DNA from: the human T2T-CHM13v2.0 reference genome, Homo sapiens
Assembly: GCF_009914755.1 (NCBI RefSeq)
Contig: NC_060947.1
Length of the DNA stretch: 64,000 nucleotides
Direction: 5' to 3' (one strand)
Under the pieces are notes generated by a model. That model worked only from the letters and a program-made list of their open reading frames with translations. It made no database searches and was not told the origin of the DNA. This document shows, one piece after another, positions 12,520 to 24,763 of the stretch (the stretch's first letter is position 1; every line of letters starts with the position of its first letter). The position numbers and the translations under genes were made by a program.

Positions 12520-15436
12520 TGATGTGGTTTGGCTGTTTTGTCCCTCTAAATCTCATGTTGAAATGTGACCTTCAGCGTTGGAGGTGGGTTTAGTGGGAGG
12601 TGTTTGGGTCATAGAGGTGGATCTCTCATAAATGGTTTGGTGCTGTCCTTGTGGTAATGAGTGAGTTCTCTGTTAGGTACAAACCACCCCAAAGAGCTTC
12701 TTGGTACTGCCAACACTCCCCGCAAACCTCTCCGCGCTGCCCACCCTTCCCCCAAACCTTTTTACATTTCCAAGCCCTTATCTAGGCACCGCAGTGAAGC
12801 CAGCCTGATAGAAGACTTTACCTATCAGGCCTTGCTGCAATAAAGCAAACCCCAATTACAAACCATCCGGACCAAACGGGGAGGTTGTGGGAAGCGTAAA
12901 CAAACTTTACCTACACCCTCCAGTACCGTAAACATCACAAGGTGATATGTGGCAGAATTAACCAGCGACAACCCCGGGATGCAGCCATACCAAAGGACTC
13001 CCTCAAACTCCCTGCCCCAATGTAAACCCCCTATTCTGTAAGCTTGGGGCTGCTTTCCTTGACTGTTAAGGGGGCAGCCGACAGGTTAATAAAGGCTTGC
13101 CTGAACTTGGGGCTCTCTCTCTCTGGTCCTTTCTCTCGGCTAACCTTACATTCTCACTCTCTAAGTTCACATGAGATCTGGTTGCTTTAAAAAGCCTGGC
13201 AGCTCTTTGTTCTCTCTCGCCATGTGATATGCTGATTACCCTTTTGCCTTCTGCCATGACTGCAAGCTTCCTGAGCCCTTACCAGAAGCAGATGTCAGTG
13301 CCATGCCTCCTGTACGCCCTGCAGAAGCATGAGCCAAAATAAACATTTTTCTTTATAAATTACCTAGCCTCAGGTATTCCTTTATAGCAATGCAAAACTG
13401 ACTAACATATAAAATTGGTACAGGAGTTGGGTGATGCTATACAGATGTCTGAAGATGTGAAAGCAGCTTTGGATCTGGGTAATGGGCAGAGATATCAGAA
13501 GATATCAGAAGAAGACAGGAAGATGCAGGAATGTTTCAAACTTATTGGAGATTTGTTAAGTGGTTTTGACCAAATTGCTGACAGAAATATGGACAATGAA
13601 GGCCAGGCTGATGAGGTCTCAGATGGAAATGAGGAATTTACTGGCAAAGGTCACCCTTGTTATATCTTAGCAAAGAACTTGGCTGCACTGGGTCCATGCT
13701 CTAGAGATCTGTGGAAGTTTGAACTTAAGGGTGATAAATTAGTGTATCTGGCCAAAGGGATTTCTAAGCAGCAAAGTATTCAAGATGTTCCTTGGCTGCT
13801 TCTAACAACCTGTCTCAGATGTAGGAGAAAAGGAAAGACTTAAAGTTGGAATTTATAATTAAAAGAGAAGCAGAGCATAAAAGTTTGGAAAATTTGCAGC
13901 CTGACCATGTTGTAGGGAAAGAAAGAGCATTTTCGGAGAAGAAACCAAGCAGGATGCTGAGGAACCACTTGCTGGAGAGATTTGCACGACTAAAAGGGAG
14001 CCAAGTGCTACTATCTAAAACAATGGGAAAAAGCCCTTGAAGGCATTTCAGAAATCTAGGCCCCTCCCATCCCAGGCCCAGAAGCCTAGTGGGTAAGAAT
14101 GGTTTTGGGGGCCAAGCCTGGGGCCCTGCTGCTCTCTGTAGCCTTTGGACACTGCTACCTGCATCTGGCTGATCCAGCTCCACCCATGGCTCAAAGTGCC
14201 CCAGATACAGTTCAGGCCACTGCCTTGGAGGACACAAGCTATAAGACTTGGTGGCTTCCCCATGGTGTTATGTCTGCAGGAGAACAGAATGCAAGAGTGA
14301 AAAAGGCTTGACAGCTTCCACCTAGGTTTCAGAGGATGTATGTGTTGAAAAGCCTGAGTGCCCAGGGAAAAGCCTGCCACAAGGGTCGAGCTCCTACAGA
14401 GAGACTCTACTAGAACAGTGCTCATGGAGAATGTGGGGTTGGAGCCCCTGCACAGAGTCATCATGGTACTGCTGAGTGGGATTGTGGGAAGGTGGCTGAG
14501 AATGGTAGAGCCACCAGCGGCTTGTACTCTGAACCTGGAAAAGCAACCGGCACTCAACTCCAACCAGTGAGAGTAGCCATGGGAGCTGCACCTGCAGAGC
14601 CACAGGGATGGGTATGCACAAGGCCTTGGCATCCCACCCCTTCCATCACTGTGCCCTGGATGCAGAATATGGAGACAAAGGAGATTATTTTGGAGCTCTA
14701 AGATTTAATGACAGCCCTGCTGGGTGTCAGACTTGTGTGGTGCCTGTTGCCCCTTTCTTTTGGCTGATTTATCTCTTTTGGAATTGGAATATTTACCCAA
14801 TGCCTGGATCACCATTGTATCTTGGAAGTAAATAACTTGTTTTTTTATCTTACAGGCTCATAGTTGGAAGAAACGTGCCTTGAGTCTCAGATTTTGGAAT
14901 TTTGAGTTGATGCTGAAATGAGTTGAGACTTTTGGGGAACTATTGGGAAGGGATGCTTGTATTCTGCAGTGCAAAAAGGATGTGAGATTTGTTGGGGGGT
15001 CATGGGCAGAATGAAACAGCTTGGGTATTTTGTGCCCTTCAAATATCATGTTGAAATGTGAACTCCAATGTTGGAGGTGGGCCTAGTGGGAGAGGTGTTT
15101 GGGTCATGGGGGTGGGTCCTTTATAAATAACTTGCTGCTGTCCTCACAATAATGAGTGAGTTCTCTCTGTCTGTGAGTTCACATGAGATCTGGTTATTTA
15201 AAAGAGCCTGGCAGCTTCTCCTTTTCTTGCTTGCTCTCTCACTCGCCATGTGATATGCCAGCTCCTCTTTTGCCTTCTGCCATGAATGGAAGCTTCCTGA
15301 GCCCTCACAAGAAGGCTATGATGACGCCATGCTTCCTGTACAGCCTGCAGAAATGCGAGTCAAAATGAACCTCTTTTCTTGACAAATTACCCAGCCTCAG
15401 GTATTCTTTTATAACAGTGCAAAAGTGACCAACACA
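12520..15436 (+). mobile_element. Full-structure MST (ERVL-MaLR) element: 5' LTR, internal region (~13410-15011), 3' LTR (~15012-15436)
   Basis: TGATGTGGTTTGG start, two similar LTRs and MaLR internal sequence. 5-bp TSD GTCAT at 12515-12519 and 15437-15441. Confidence 0.85.
12671..13150 (+). mobile_element. Solo ERVL-class LTR (LTR18-like) inserted in the MST 5' LTR
   Basis: TG...CA ends and AATAAA. 5-bp TSD TTCTC at 12666-12670 and 13151-13155. Confidence 0.75.
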
Positions 15437-15782
15437 GTCATTTCAAAGTTACTTTCCTTCTAGAGTTAAAAGATGAGGGGACACGCTTATAACACTGACT
15501 CAGGTTGACTGAACCTTCTGAGTATTTTTGTATTTTTTTTTAATTGGCCCCTTTGAAGGTTCAGTATAATTATGTGGCATTCGGCACAAGTGACCCCATT
15601 CTGGTTGGGTCTGGTCAGCCGGGGCTTAGGGAAGGAGGCTAGTCCACAGCAGTGGCATCCCCTGAAGTTTGTTTCACACAGGCCCCTGAGTTAATGAGTC
15701 TTTCTAAAGGAGGCTTTGCTTGGTTTGCTTATCAGCCATCTTTCCACTCTTACTGTAGACAGGGACACCTGGATGCTCATAA

Positions 15783-16093
<311 letters not shown>

Positions 16094-16629
16094 TGCACGT
16101 TTTTAAAAATTAATTAATTTATCCTGTTGCCCTGCTCAGAGTAAAATATGCTGGTTTTCTTTTCTACAGTATCTTAAAAGCCTTTTGTAACAATGTGAGC
16201 AATTGTGTTAAAATTATTCTGAATTAATATCTAATGCTTGAACACACACACTGTGCATGTCTGTGTGTGTGTGTTAAACTCAAGTATAGCACATAGAGCC
16301 TCTGTAGGTGATAATTCTTGCCTCTTGGGTTCCCTGGAAAAAGGAAGTCCATATGGAAAAGAGAGGCAGTCTCCAGGTAGAGATACATCTTCAGGGATTT
16401 TAAAGGAAATTTTCAGCTTGTGTTCTATAAAAGCACCAAAGGTGACTTGTGTGTATAGCCCCTAGGTTGGAGGAAAGCCTTGCTGGTTTTTCTTTTTCTT
16501 TTTTCTTTTTTCTTTTTCTTTTTCTTTTTCTTTTTACCTTGCTGGTTTTTGCTGGTTTCATTGCAGCATTTCAGCTCTCCTGCAACACCACTGACATTTC
16601 TCTATTGTTTTTCTCCTCCACACTGAGAC

Positions 16630-17070
16630 CTATTGGCTCAGAAGTCCACCAGCATAAAACCCAGATTTTCATACTTCTAAATTGTTTTCAACATAGCTCA
16701 ACCAGGAAGATTGTTAGGCATTGGAGGCCTTCCTGGCTTTCATACCCTGGTAAACCTCACCCCACATGTGCTAACCATAGATAAGATGGAGCCTTGTGGT
16801 TAGAAGACCCCCAAGACACTGTCTAGCTGCTGAGAAACATCACTTAGACTCATAAGCTCCTTCTCCAATTTCCATCTCCCCCAGCAGTTCTCTTGCCTTC
16901 CTCCCCATTTGATGGTGATCCCACACCCATAAACTCTAGACAGTCTTTTACTCTGAGGATGTCCCCGCTTCTGCTACCCTATCCAAGCACCACCCAATAA
17001 AGTTGTTTGTGTGGTACTGCCCCTGGTTGGTCATAGCATTTTTCTTGATCAACCCCCTAATCCTGCACAG
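16630..17070 (+). mobile_element. Probable old LTR remnant
   Basis: LTR-like layout (cataaa, ccaataaag, ...CA end). Family not identified. Confidence 0.35.
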
Positions 17071-18961
17071 TGTGCAATGAACTCTGCTGAACTTGGAGTC
17101 TCGCACTTAGAGGTTGATGATTATCTGAGCTGAGGTGTGTGATTTTAGGGGGTCTGTTTGGACTGTTAAACTGATAAGGCCAGAAGGCCTTAGAAAAGCA
17201 CACCAGGCAGGCTTCTCACTGGGACATGGAATGCTGCTGTTGTCTGGTCTTGAAGCATCTCAGCTTTCCTGCTGCAGTAGAAAACTCTCTGACTGTTTTG
17301 GAACCCAGAAGTCACAAATTACAATAGGCTTGTCTCGACTCTAAGCTAAAACCCAAAAATGTCCACTCTGGGCTGTTTCAGACTCATGTCAAGGTGTGCT
17401 GAACAGAAAGCAGGCATAGCTCGATGCACTGGAGGGGTCTTTGACCCTGTGATCCTGGTAGGTTTTGAACACCCCTCTCTGGAGTTAGAAACTGTCACAA
17501 CCTAGATGCTGTCCTGGACTGTCTGCATCTCTTGCAGATGCCCGTGATGAGGGGATTGTTCTCTGGTGGGGCCAGCGAGAGTGGAGCTGTTCATGAACAC
17601 TGTATTTTTGATGTAGACAGGTTGCATTTTTTACTGGTAATGCTGTCAAAAGCTGCACATTGAGGGAGGGCACCCAACAGGAATTGTGATCCCTCTGCCC
17701 AATTGTGACAGATCAGTCTTAGACCTTCTCTCTGTGATGTCCACTGCTGGTGACTTGTGTCCAGCGATCCACATTAGTTTCAGTTTGGGAAAGTGGACAG
17801 ACAGCCTGGCTACTTTCTTTCCTTGCTTCTGGCCTACAAGTCAGGCAGTAGGATTATCAAATGCAGCTGTGCCCAGGGAGGGATTATTATTTTTTAAATT
17901 GTTGTTCTACACTGCTCACTGCATAAATGAGCAGGATGAAAAGGAGTAAACCCATTTTGGAATCTTTTGGAAATGCGGGATTTCTTCCTGACTGCTTCCT
18001 AAACATGAGGGGCCTTTCTGTTCTCATGATGCTGTATGACAGTGTTTTTCTGTAAAAACAGTGTCATCTCTCTTTCATATAGCCCTGCCAGGCAAGAAGG
18101 CCAGGGGGAGGGTAAGAGATGACTGAAGCAATGTAAAGCTTTTATTGTTGAGTGGGCCATGCTGATTTTATAAGGATGGAGGAAAAAGAGAATGAGACAT
18201 CTGTAGAGGTGTGGGAGAAGGCATTGTGATCTTGGTGTTTCAGAACTATTCCTGAAAGCTTTCACCTCTTGCTGAAGGAAAACACCCCATGCTGCCTTTG
18301 AAAGCTTCTGCAAGTTTTGTGTATCCAAAATGATGGCCATGCCTGAGACCACACCTGACCCCACCGACTAAGGGACAGAGGAGGTGGCCCGAGCTTCTCC
18401 ATGTTTCCCTTAGAGCGCCTCCAGGTGTCCTCTGGATCTGTCATGCACAAGCCAAACTGTCTGCAAGGGAAACCAAGGATGGAACTGGACTATATAGCCT
18501 GTACTGGAAAACAGGCCACAGTGTGGTACTGTTAACCTGTGCTGCCTGACTTAGGTACACCCTCTTGTGTTGCCCAAACTATGGTACACTCTGAGTTTGC
18601 AGGGAGACCATGTGTATGCTCGGGTATTGTACAGCTTATGTGCCCTGCCTGTCATGACACTGCCTCAGCCCTGGATGGCTTCCAGGTCAGCTCGAACTTC
18701 CTGTCCAGAGCTGTGTTTTACCTGAATTGATGCCCCAATTGATTGAATTGGCCAAGTATAAAGAAAAAGTACTGAAATTTAAGAGGGAAGCCACGTGACT
18801 GTCTAAGATACATCTCTTTGGTTAATGGGGTTTGTGTTAACTGGTTCAGTACAGGACCCCTAACAGGCACAAGTGACATCTATATGCAGCTTGGTTTCCA
18901 CCCTGTTGTGTCAGGTCCTATGATAATTTTCCTGTAATATGCCTTGGCCAGTGGGGTGCAC

Positions 18962-19536
18962 TGTGAAGAAAAGAGTTCACACAGCAGGCCTCACTGCTAT
19001 CTTTGGCAAAGCCTGCTGCTTTCAGTGTTATCCATTGGCTGGATTCTCAGGACTTGGATTTGGGAGGGATTCCACCTTTCTCAGAACTGATCAGGGTGGT
19101 TCACTATACCCAAGCTGCTTATGCAAACAAAAAGCTGCACACTGCTTTCCTCCTGGGAGTCTGGAATTTTGGTTCATGCCAGGCAGAACTGCTTATGTGA
19201 CCAGTGCCAAGTTCAACTCATGGGTGATGAGGTTTTACTGAGCTCCGCTGGTTGGCAGCATTTTACATGTGTGGTCACACCTTGTTGTGAGGGAATTAAG
19301 TGCGTTCTATGTGACCCTACTGGGAGATGAGATGACTCTGGAAACTTGTGTCTGGTCTCCTGCACTTCTCCCTGTGCACCCTTTCCCTTTGCTGATTGTG
19401 CTTGGTATCCTTTCACTGTAGTAAGTTGTCGTCGTGGGTAGGACTATATCATGAGTCCCATGAGTTCTCCTAGTGAGCTACTAGACCTGATTCAGTGGTC
19501 TGGGTTCCCCCATTTCATTTTGGGGACCCTGACACA
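18962..19536 (+). mobile_element. ERVL LTR (MER21/MER68/MER77-like)
   Basis: Starts TGTGAAGAAAAGAGTT..AGCAGGCCT, has 'gaattaagtgcgttctatgtgac', and ends GGGGACCCTGACACA. Confidence 0.65.
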
Positions 19537-19959
19537 CCTGTCCATCCCTTCCGTCTCCCACTCCAGGGAATTTCAGATTAGGACGCTGCTGAGAAGAATC
19601 ATAATGGCCAAGCTTGCTTAAGTGCTTCTTAGGTCTCAAGGACTGTTCTCAATGCTTTGCAAACATCCATAGATTCTATTGTTCCACCCATTTTGTGAAG
19701 GAAACTCCGAGTCCTATCTATGCAGCTTTTCTGTAAATCCAACTCTGTTCTAAAACAAAATGGTTAGGTTTCTAAAAAGTAAATAGTAACAAGAGCATTG
19801 GGGAAAGAAACCAGACTTGAAGTAAGATCAATATGGCAGTGAAAATTCCTGTACCATGTTTTCCTGTTGTATCTCTAAGCCTGGAGTCACAGTCAGCCCA
19901 AATATGAGAACTGCACATGAGGTGTGGACAGGAAGAGATCTATGAGAAAGATTTTCCAG

Positions 19960-20405
19960 GAATCCACTGATAAATGAATGAATAAGAAAAATGTGATATA
20001 TACATACAATGTTATATTATTCATCCTTAAAAAGGTAGGTAATTGTGGAATAGTATACAACATGGATGAACCTTGAGGACATTAGGCTAAGCGAAATAAT
20101 TCAGTCACAAAAAAAGGAACTACTGTATGATTCTACTTACATGAAGTACTTAGAATGGTCAAATTCATACAGACAGAAGAAAGGTAGTTGCCATGGCTTT
20201 GGGATAAGAGGGAATGGGGAGCTAATGTTTAGTGGGTAAAGTGTTTCACTTTTGCCACAGGAAACAAGTTTTTGAGATGAACGGTGGTGATGGTTGCATA
20301 AAAATATGAATGTACTTAATACCACTGAACTATACCTTTAAAATGGTTAGGAGGGTCAATTTCACATGTGTTTTACCAAAATAAAAATGTTTTATTAGAA
20401 AAAAA
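19960..20405 (+). mobile_element. L1MB-type 3' end
   Basis: 'catggatgaaccttgaggacatta', 'gtacttaataccactgaact', and an A-rich tail. Confidence 0.8.
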
Positions 20406-20413
20406 TGAAACCA

Positions 20414-20751
<338 letters not shown>

Positions 20752-20870
20752 TTAACTCATCAATAGACAGGACATGGCTAAGGAAACAAGAAGAAAGCCA
20801 GAAAAAAATGAAAATAGAAACTTTCAAAACTGATATGAAGGCAAAAAGGAAGGCAAAAGAGCAGAACGAG

Positions 20871-21466
20871 TGTCCCACATGCCCAACTGCCCCACATGCC
20901 TTAGTTCTCCAGAATCCCAACTTCCCCACAAGCCCCATTGCCCCACAAGCTAACTGCCACACAAGCCCAACTGCCCCACAGGCCTGATTGCATCCCATGC
21001 CAACTGCTCTGAAAGCCTGGCTGACCAACAAGCCTGACCACCCCACAAATGTGACAGCCTCACAAGCCTGAGTGCTCCACAAGCCTTAGTTCCCCACAAG
21101 CCTGAGTCCTCCAGAAGCCCAACTGCCCCAAAAGCTTGAATGCCCCACAAGCCTGAAAGCCCTACAAACCTCTGTGCTTCATAAGCCTGACTGCCCCACA
21201 AGCCAAGGTACCCCACAAACCCTAGTTCTCCAGAATCCCAACTGCCAAACAAGCCCAACTGCCCCACAAGCCCTAGTGCTCCAAAAGCCTGAGTGCTCCA
21301 CAAGCCTGACTGCCCCACAAGCCCGAGTGTCCCACAAGCCAACTGCTCCACAAGCCCACCTACCACACAAGGCCTAGTGCACCAGAAACACAACTGCTCC
21401 ACAAGCCTGACCACCCCAAAAGCCAAAGTATTCCAGAATCCCGACTGCCCCACAAGAACAAGTACC
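20871..21466. repeat. Degenerate ~17-bp minisatellite (consensus ~TGCCCCACAAGCCYRAC, ~35 units)
   Basis: CCCACAAGCC core recurring at about 17-nt spacing. Confidence 0.85.
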
Positions 21467-21722
21467 AAACGTGCCCGACTTCTATTATTCTATTTATGTG
21501 ACCTTCTTGAAAGAGAAAACTGAAATGATGGTGTACAAATGAGTGGATAGTAGAGTTAGTGGTGGAGAGGTGGGATTAACTATAATAGCAGGTGGAGGGG
21601 GGTTTTGGGGGGAGGAATGTGATGAAATTGTTTGTATTATGATAGTCGTTTTGGTTCCATGAATTAACACATGGGCTAAAACCCATAGAACTGGACACCA
21701 AAAGAAAAGAAAATAATTTTAG

Positions 21723-22798
21723 TGTTGCAGGAAGTCAGGGACCCCGAACAGAAGGACCGGCTGAAGCCATGGCAGAAGAACATAAATTGTGAAGATTTCA
21801 TGGACATTTATTAGTTTCCCAAATTAATACTTTTATAGTTTCTTATGCCTGCCTTTACTGCAGTCTCTGAACATAAATTGTGAAGATTTCATGGACACTT
21901 ATCACTTCCCCAATCAATACCCTTGTGATTTCCTATGCCTGTCTTTAATCTCTTAATCCCATCATCTTCGAAAGCTGAGGAGGATGTATGTCACCTCAGG
22001 ACCCTGTGATGATTGCGTTAACTGCACAAATTGTTTGTAGAGCATGTGTGTTTGAACAATATGAAATCTGGGCACCTTGAAAAAAGAACAAGATAACAGC
22101 AATGTTCAGGGAACAAGAGAGATAACCTTAAACTCTGACTGCCAGTGAGCTGGGTGGAACAGAGCCATATTTCTCTTCTTTCGAAAGCAAATGGGAGAAA
22201 TATCGCTGAATTCTTTTTCTCAGCAAGGAACATCCCTGAGAAAGAGAATGCGTCCCTGAGGGGAGGCCTCTGAAATGGCCGCTTTGGGAGCGGCTGTCTT
22301 TTATGGTCACAGCTGTGCGATGAAATAAGCCCCGGTCTCCCATAGCGCTCCCAGGCTTATTAGGACGAGGAAATTCCTGCCTAATAAATTTTGGTCAGAC
22401 TGGTTGTCTGCTCTCAAACCCTGTTTCCTGATAAGATGTTATCAATGACAATGCCTGCCCGAAACTTCATTAGCAATTTTAATTTCACCCTGGTCCTGTG
22501 GTCCTGTGATCTCGCCCTGCCTCCAGTGATATCTTATTACCTTGTGAAGCATGTGATCTCTGTGACCCACACCCTATTCGTGCACTCCCTCCCCTTTTGA
22601 AAATCACTAATAAAAACTTGCTGGTTTTGCAGCTTGGGGGGCATCGTGGAACCTGCCGACATGTGATGTCTCCCCTGGACACCCAGCTTTAAAATTTCTC
22701 TCTTTTGTACTCTTTCCCTTTATGTCTCAGACCAGCCGACACTTAGGGAAAACAGAAAAGAACCTACGTGAAATATCGGGAGTGAATTTTGCCTGATA
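21723..22798 (+). mobile_element. Solo MER11 LTR (HERV-K11, ERVK)
   Basis: TGTTGCAGGAAGTCAGGGACCCCGAAC start. 6-bp TSD TTTTAG at 21717-21722 and 22799-22804. Confidence 0.9.
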
Positions 22799-23603
22799 TT
22801 TTAGTATTTGGTACTTTACAGAATAAAATTTAAAAAGTAAGCTAGAGTGACTATATTACTTAATTTTTTACTTTATAAGAAGGAAAATTGCCATGGATAA
22901 ATAGGGACATTATGCAATGATAAAAAATAGTCACTTAACAGGTAAGACATAATAATCCTAACTGTTAATTCACCTAAAAGCAGAGCTTCAAAATACACAA
23001 AACATCATCTGATAGAACTGAAAGGACAAATAATCAAATCTACAATCATATTTTGATACTCCAACACTCCTCTCTGAGTAAATGATAAATGAACTAGACA
23101 GAAAGTCCTCAAAGTTATGGAAAGACCTGAACAACAAAATGAACCACCTCGAGCTGATTGGCTTTTGCTGAATGCGCCACAGCAAAGCAGCAGAATATAC
23201 AAGATTTTCAAGTATATGTGGAAGTTTTACCAAAATAAATCATAAATCAACCCATAACTAATTTAAAATAATTGAATATGTACAAAGTATGTTTTTAAAA
23301 TCTGTAATGGGATAAAATAAAAAATATAACGAATGAGATACCTGTATTTTTTAAAATAACATATTTTTAGTGATCCATGTTTCAAAAAATTCTTGAGGAA
23401 AGTTAGAAAATATTTCCAAATAAATTAAAACGTAAATGTCATGTTTAAAAATTTGTGGAATTCAGGTAAAGTAGTGCCTATATCATTAAATGCTTGTATT
23501 AGAATGTAAGAAAAGATTCAAACAAAAAATCTAAACTTTGATCTTATATAATGAGAAAAGAAAAGTAAATTAACCTAAGGCCAACAAAAATATATGGATG
23601 ATA

Positions 23604-23895
<292 letters not shown>

Positions 23896-23954
23896 ATATA
23901 TGGATGATATAGATAGGGAAATAAAAAATTTCAGAAATTATAGAAAAATAATAA

Positions 23955-24238
<284 letters not shown>

Positions 24239-24471
24239 AAAGTTACTTCTTTAAATAGATAAGACTAGTTGAAATGTCTGACATCAATCTGAGAATTTTT
24301 TTCTAAAAGTTGTTCAGAAGCAATGACTTTGAACAAAGCTTCAAATAGAGGAAAGTATATGTAAACTATAATTTTCTTGTGATAACACTCTTCGTTCTTT
24401 AGAGAAGATTCTGAGAAGACAAGATTCTCCTTGAAATTGTCTTAATTTTTAAGTGCCTACTATGTGGCAGA

Positions 24472-24763
24472 TTTTTTTTTTGAGACGCGGTGTCGCACTA
24501 TTGCCCAGGCTGGAGTGCAGTGACGTGATCTAGGCTCACCACAACCTCCGCCTCCTGGGTTCAGGTGATTCTCCTGCCTCAGCTTCCTGAATAGCTGGGA
24601 CTATAGGCGTGTGCCACCATGCCCGGCTAATTTTTTTGTATTTTTAGTAAAGACGGGGTTTCACCACATTGTCCAGGCTGGTCTTGAACTCCTGACCTCG
24701 TGATCCACCCACCTTGGCCTCCCAAAGTGCTGGGATTACAGGTGTGAGCCACCACGCCTGGCC
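24472..24763 (-). mobile_element. AluS
   Basis: Full reverse Alu dimer. Confidence 0.95.

Larger units (their letters stand above)
12425..15678 (-). mobile_element. MER4-group (MER31/MER67-like) LTR, split by the MST insertion (pieces 12425-12519 and 15437-15678)
   Basis: The two pieces are collinear with the uninterrupted copies at 30371-30820 and 34064-34506. Confidence 0.7.

Noticed and set aside
13415-14835. Several 70-194 aa ORFs
   Set aside because: They lie in MST internal sequence and are decayed MaLR fragments with stops and frameshifts.
18038-18065. 12-bp inverted repeat GACAGTGTTTTT/AAAAACAGTGTC
   Set aside because: Short, one mismatch, and A/T-run driven; expected by chance.
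18180-18330. Faint resemblance to an HSF DNA-binding domain pseudogene (GEGIVI / ELFLK / FESFCK)
   Set aside because: It requires several frameshifts and lacks RQLN.YGF, so it is not distinguishable from chance without TBLASTN.
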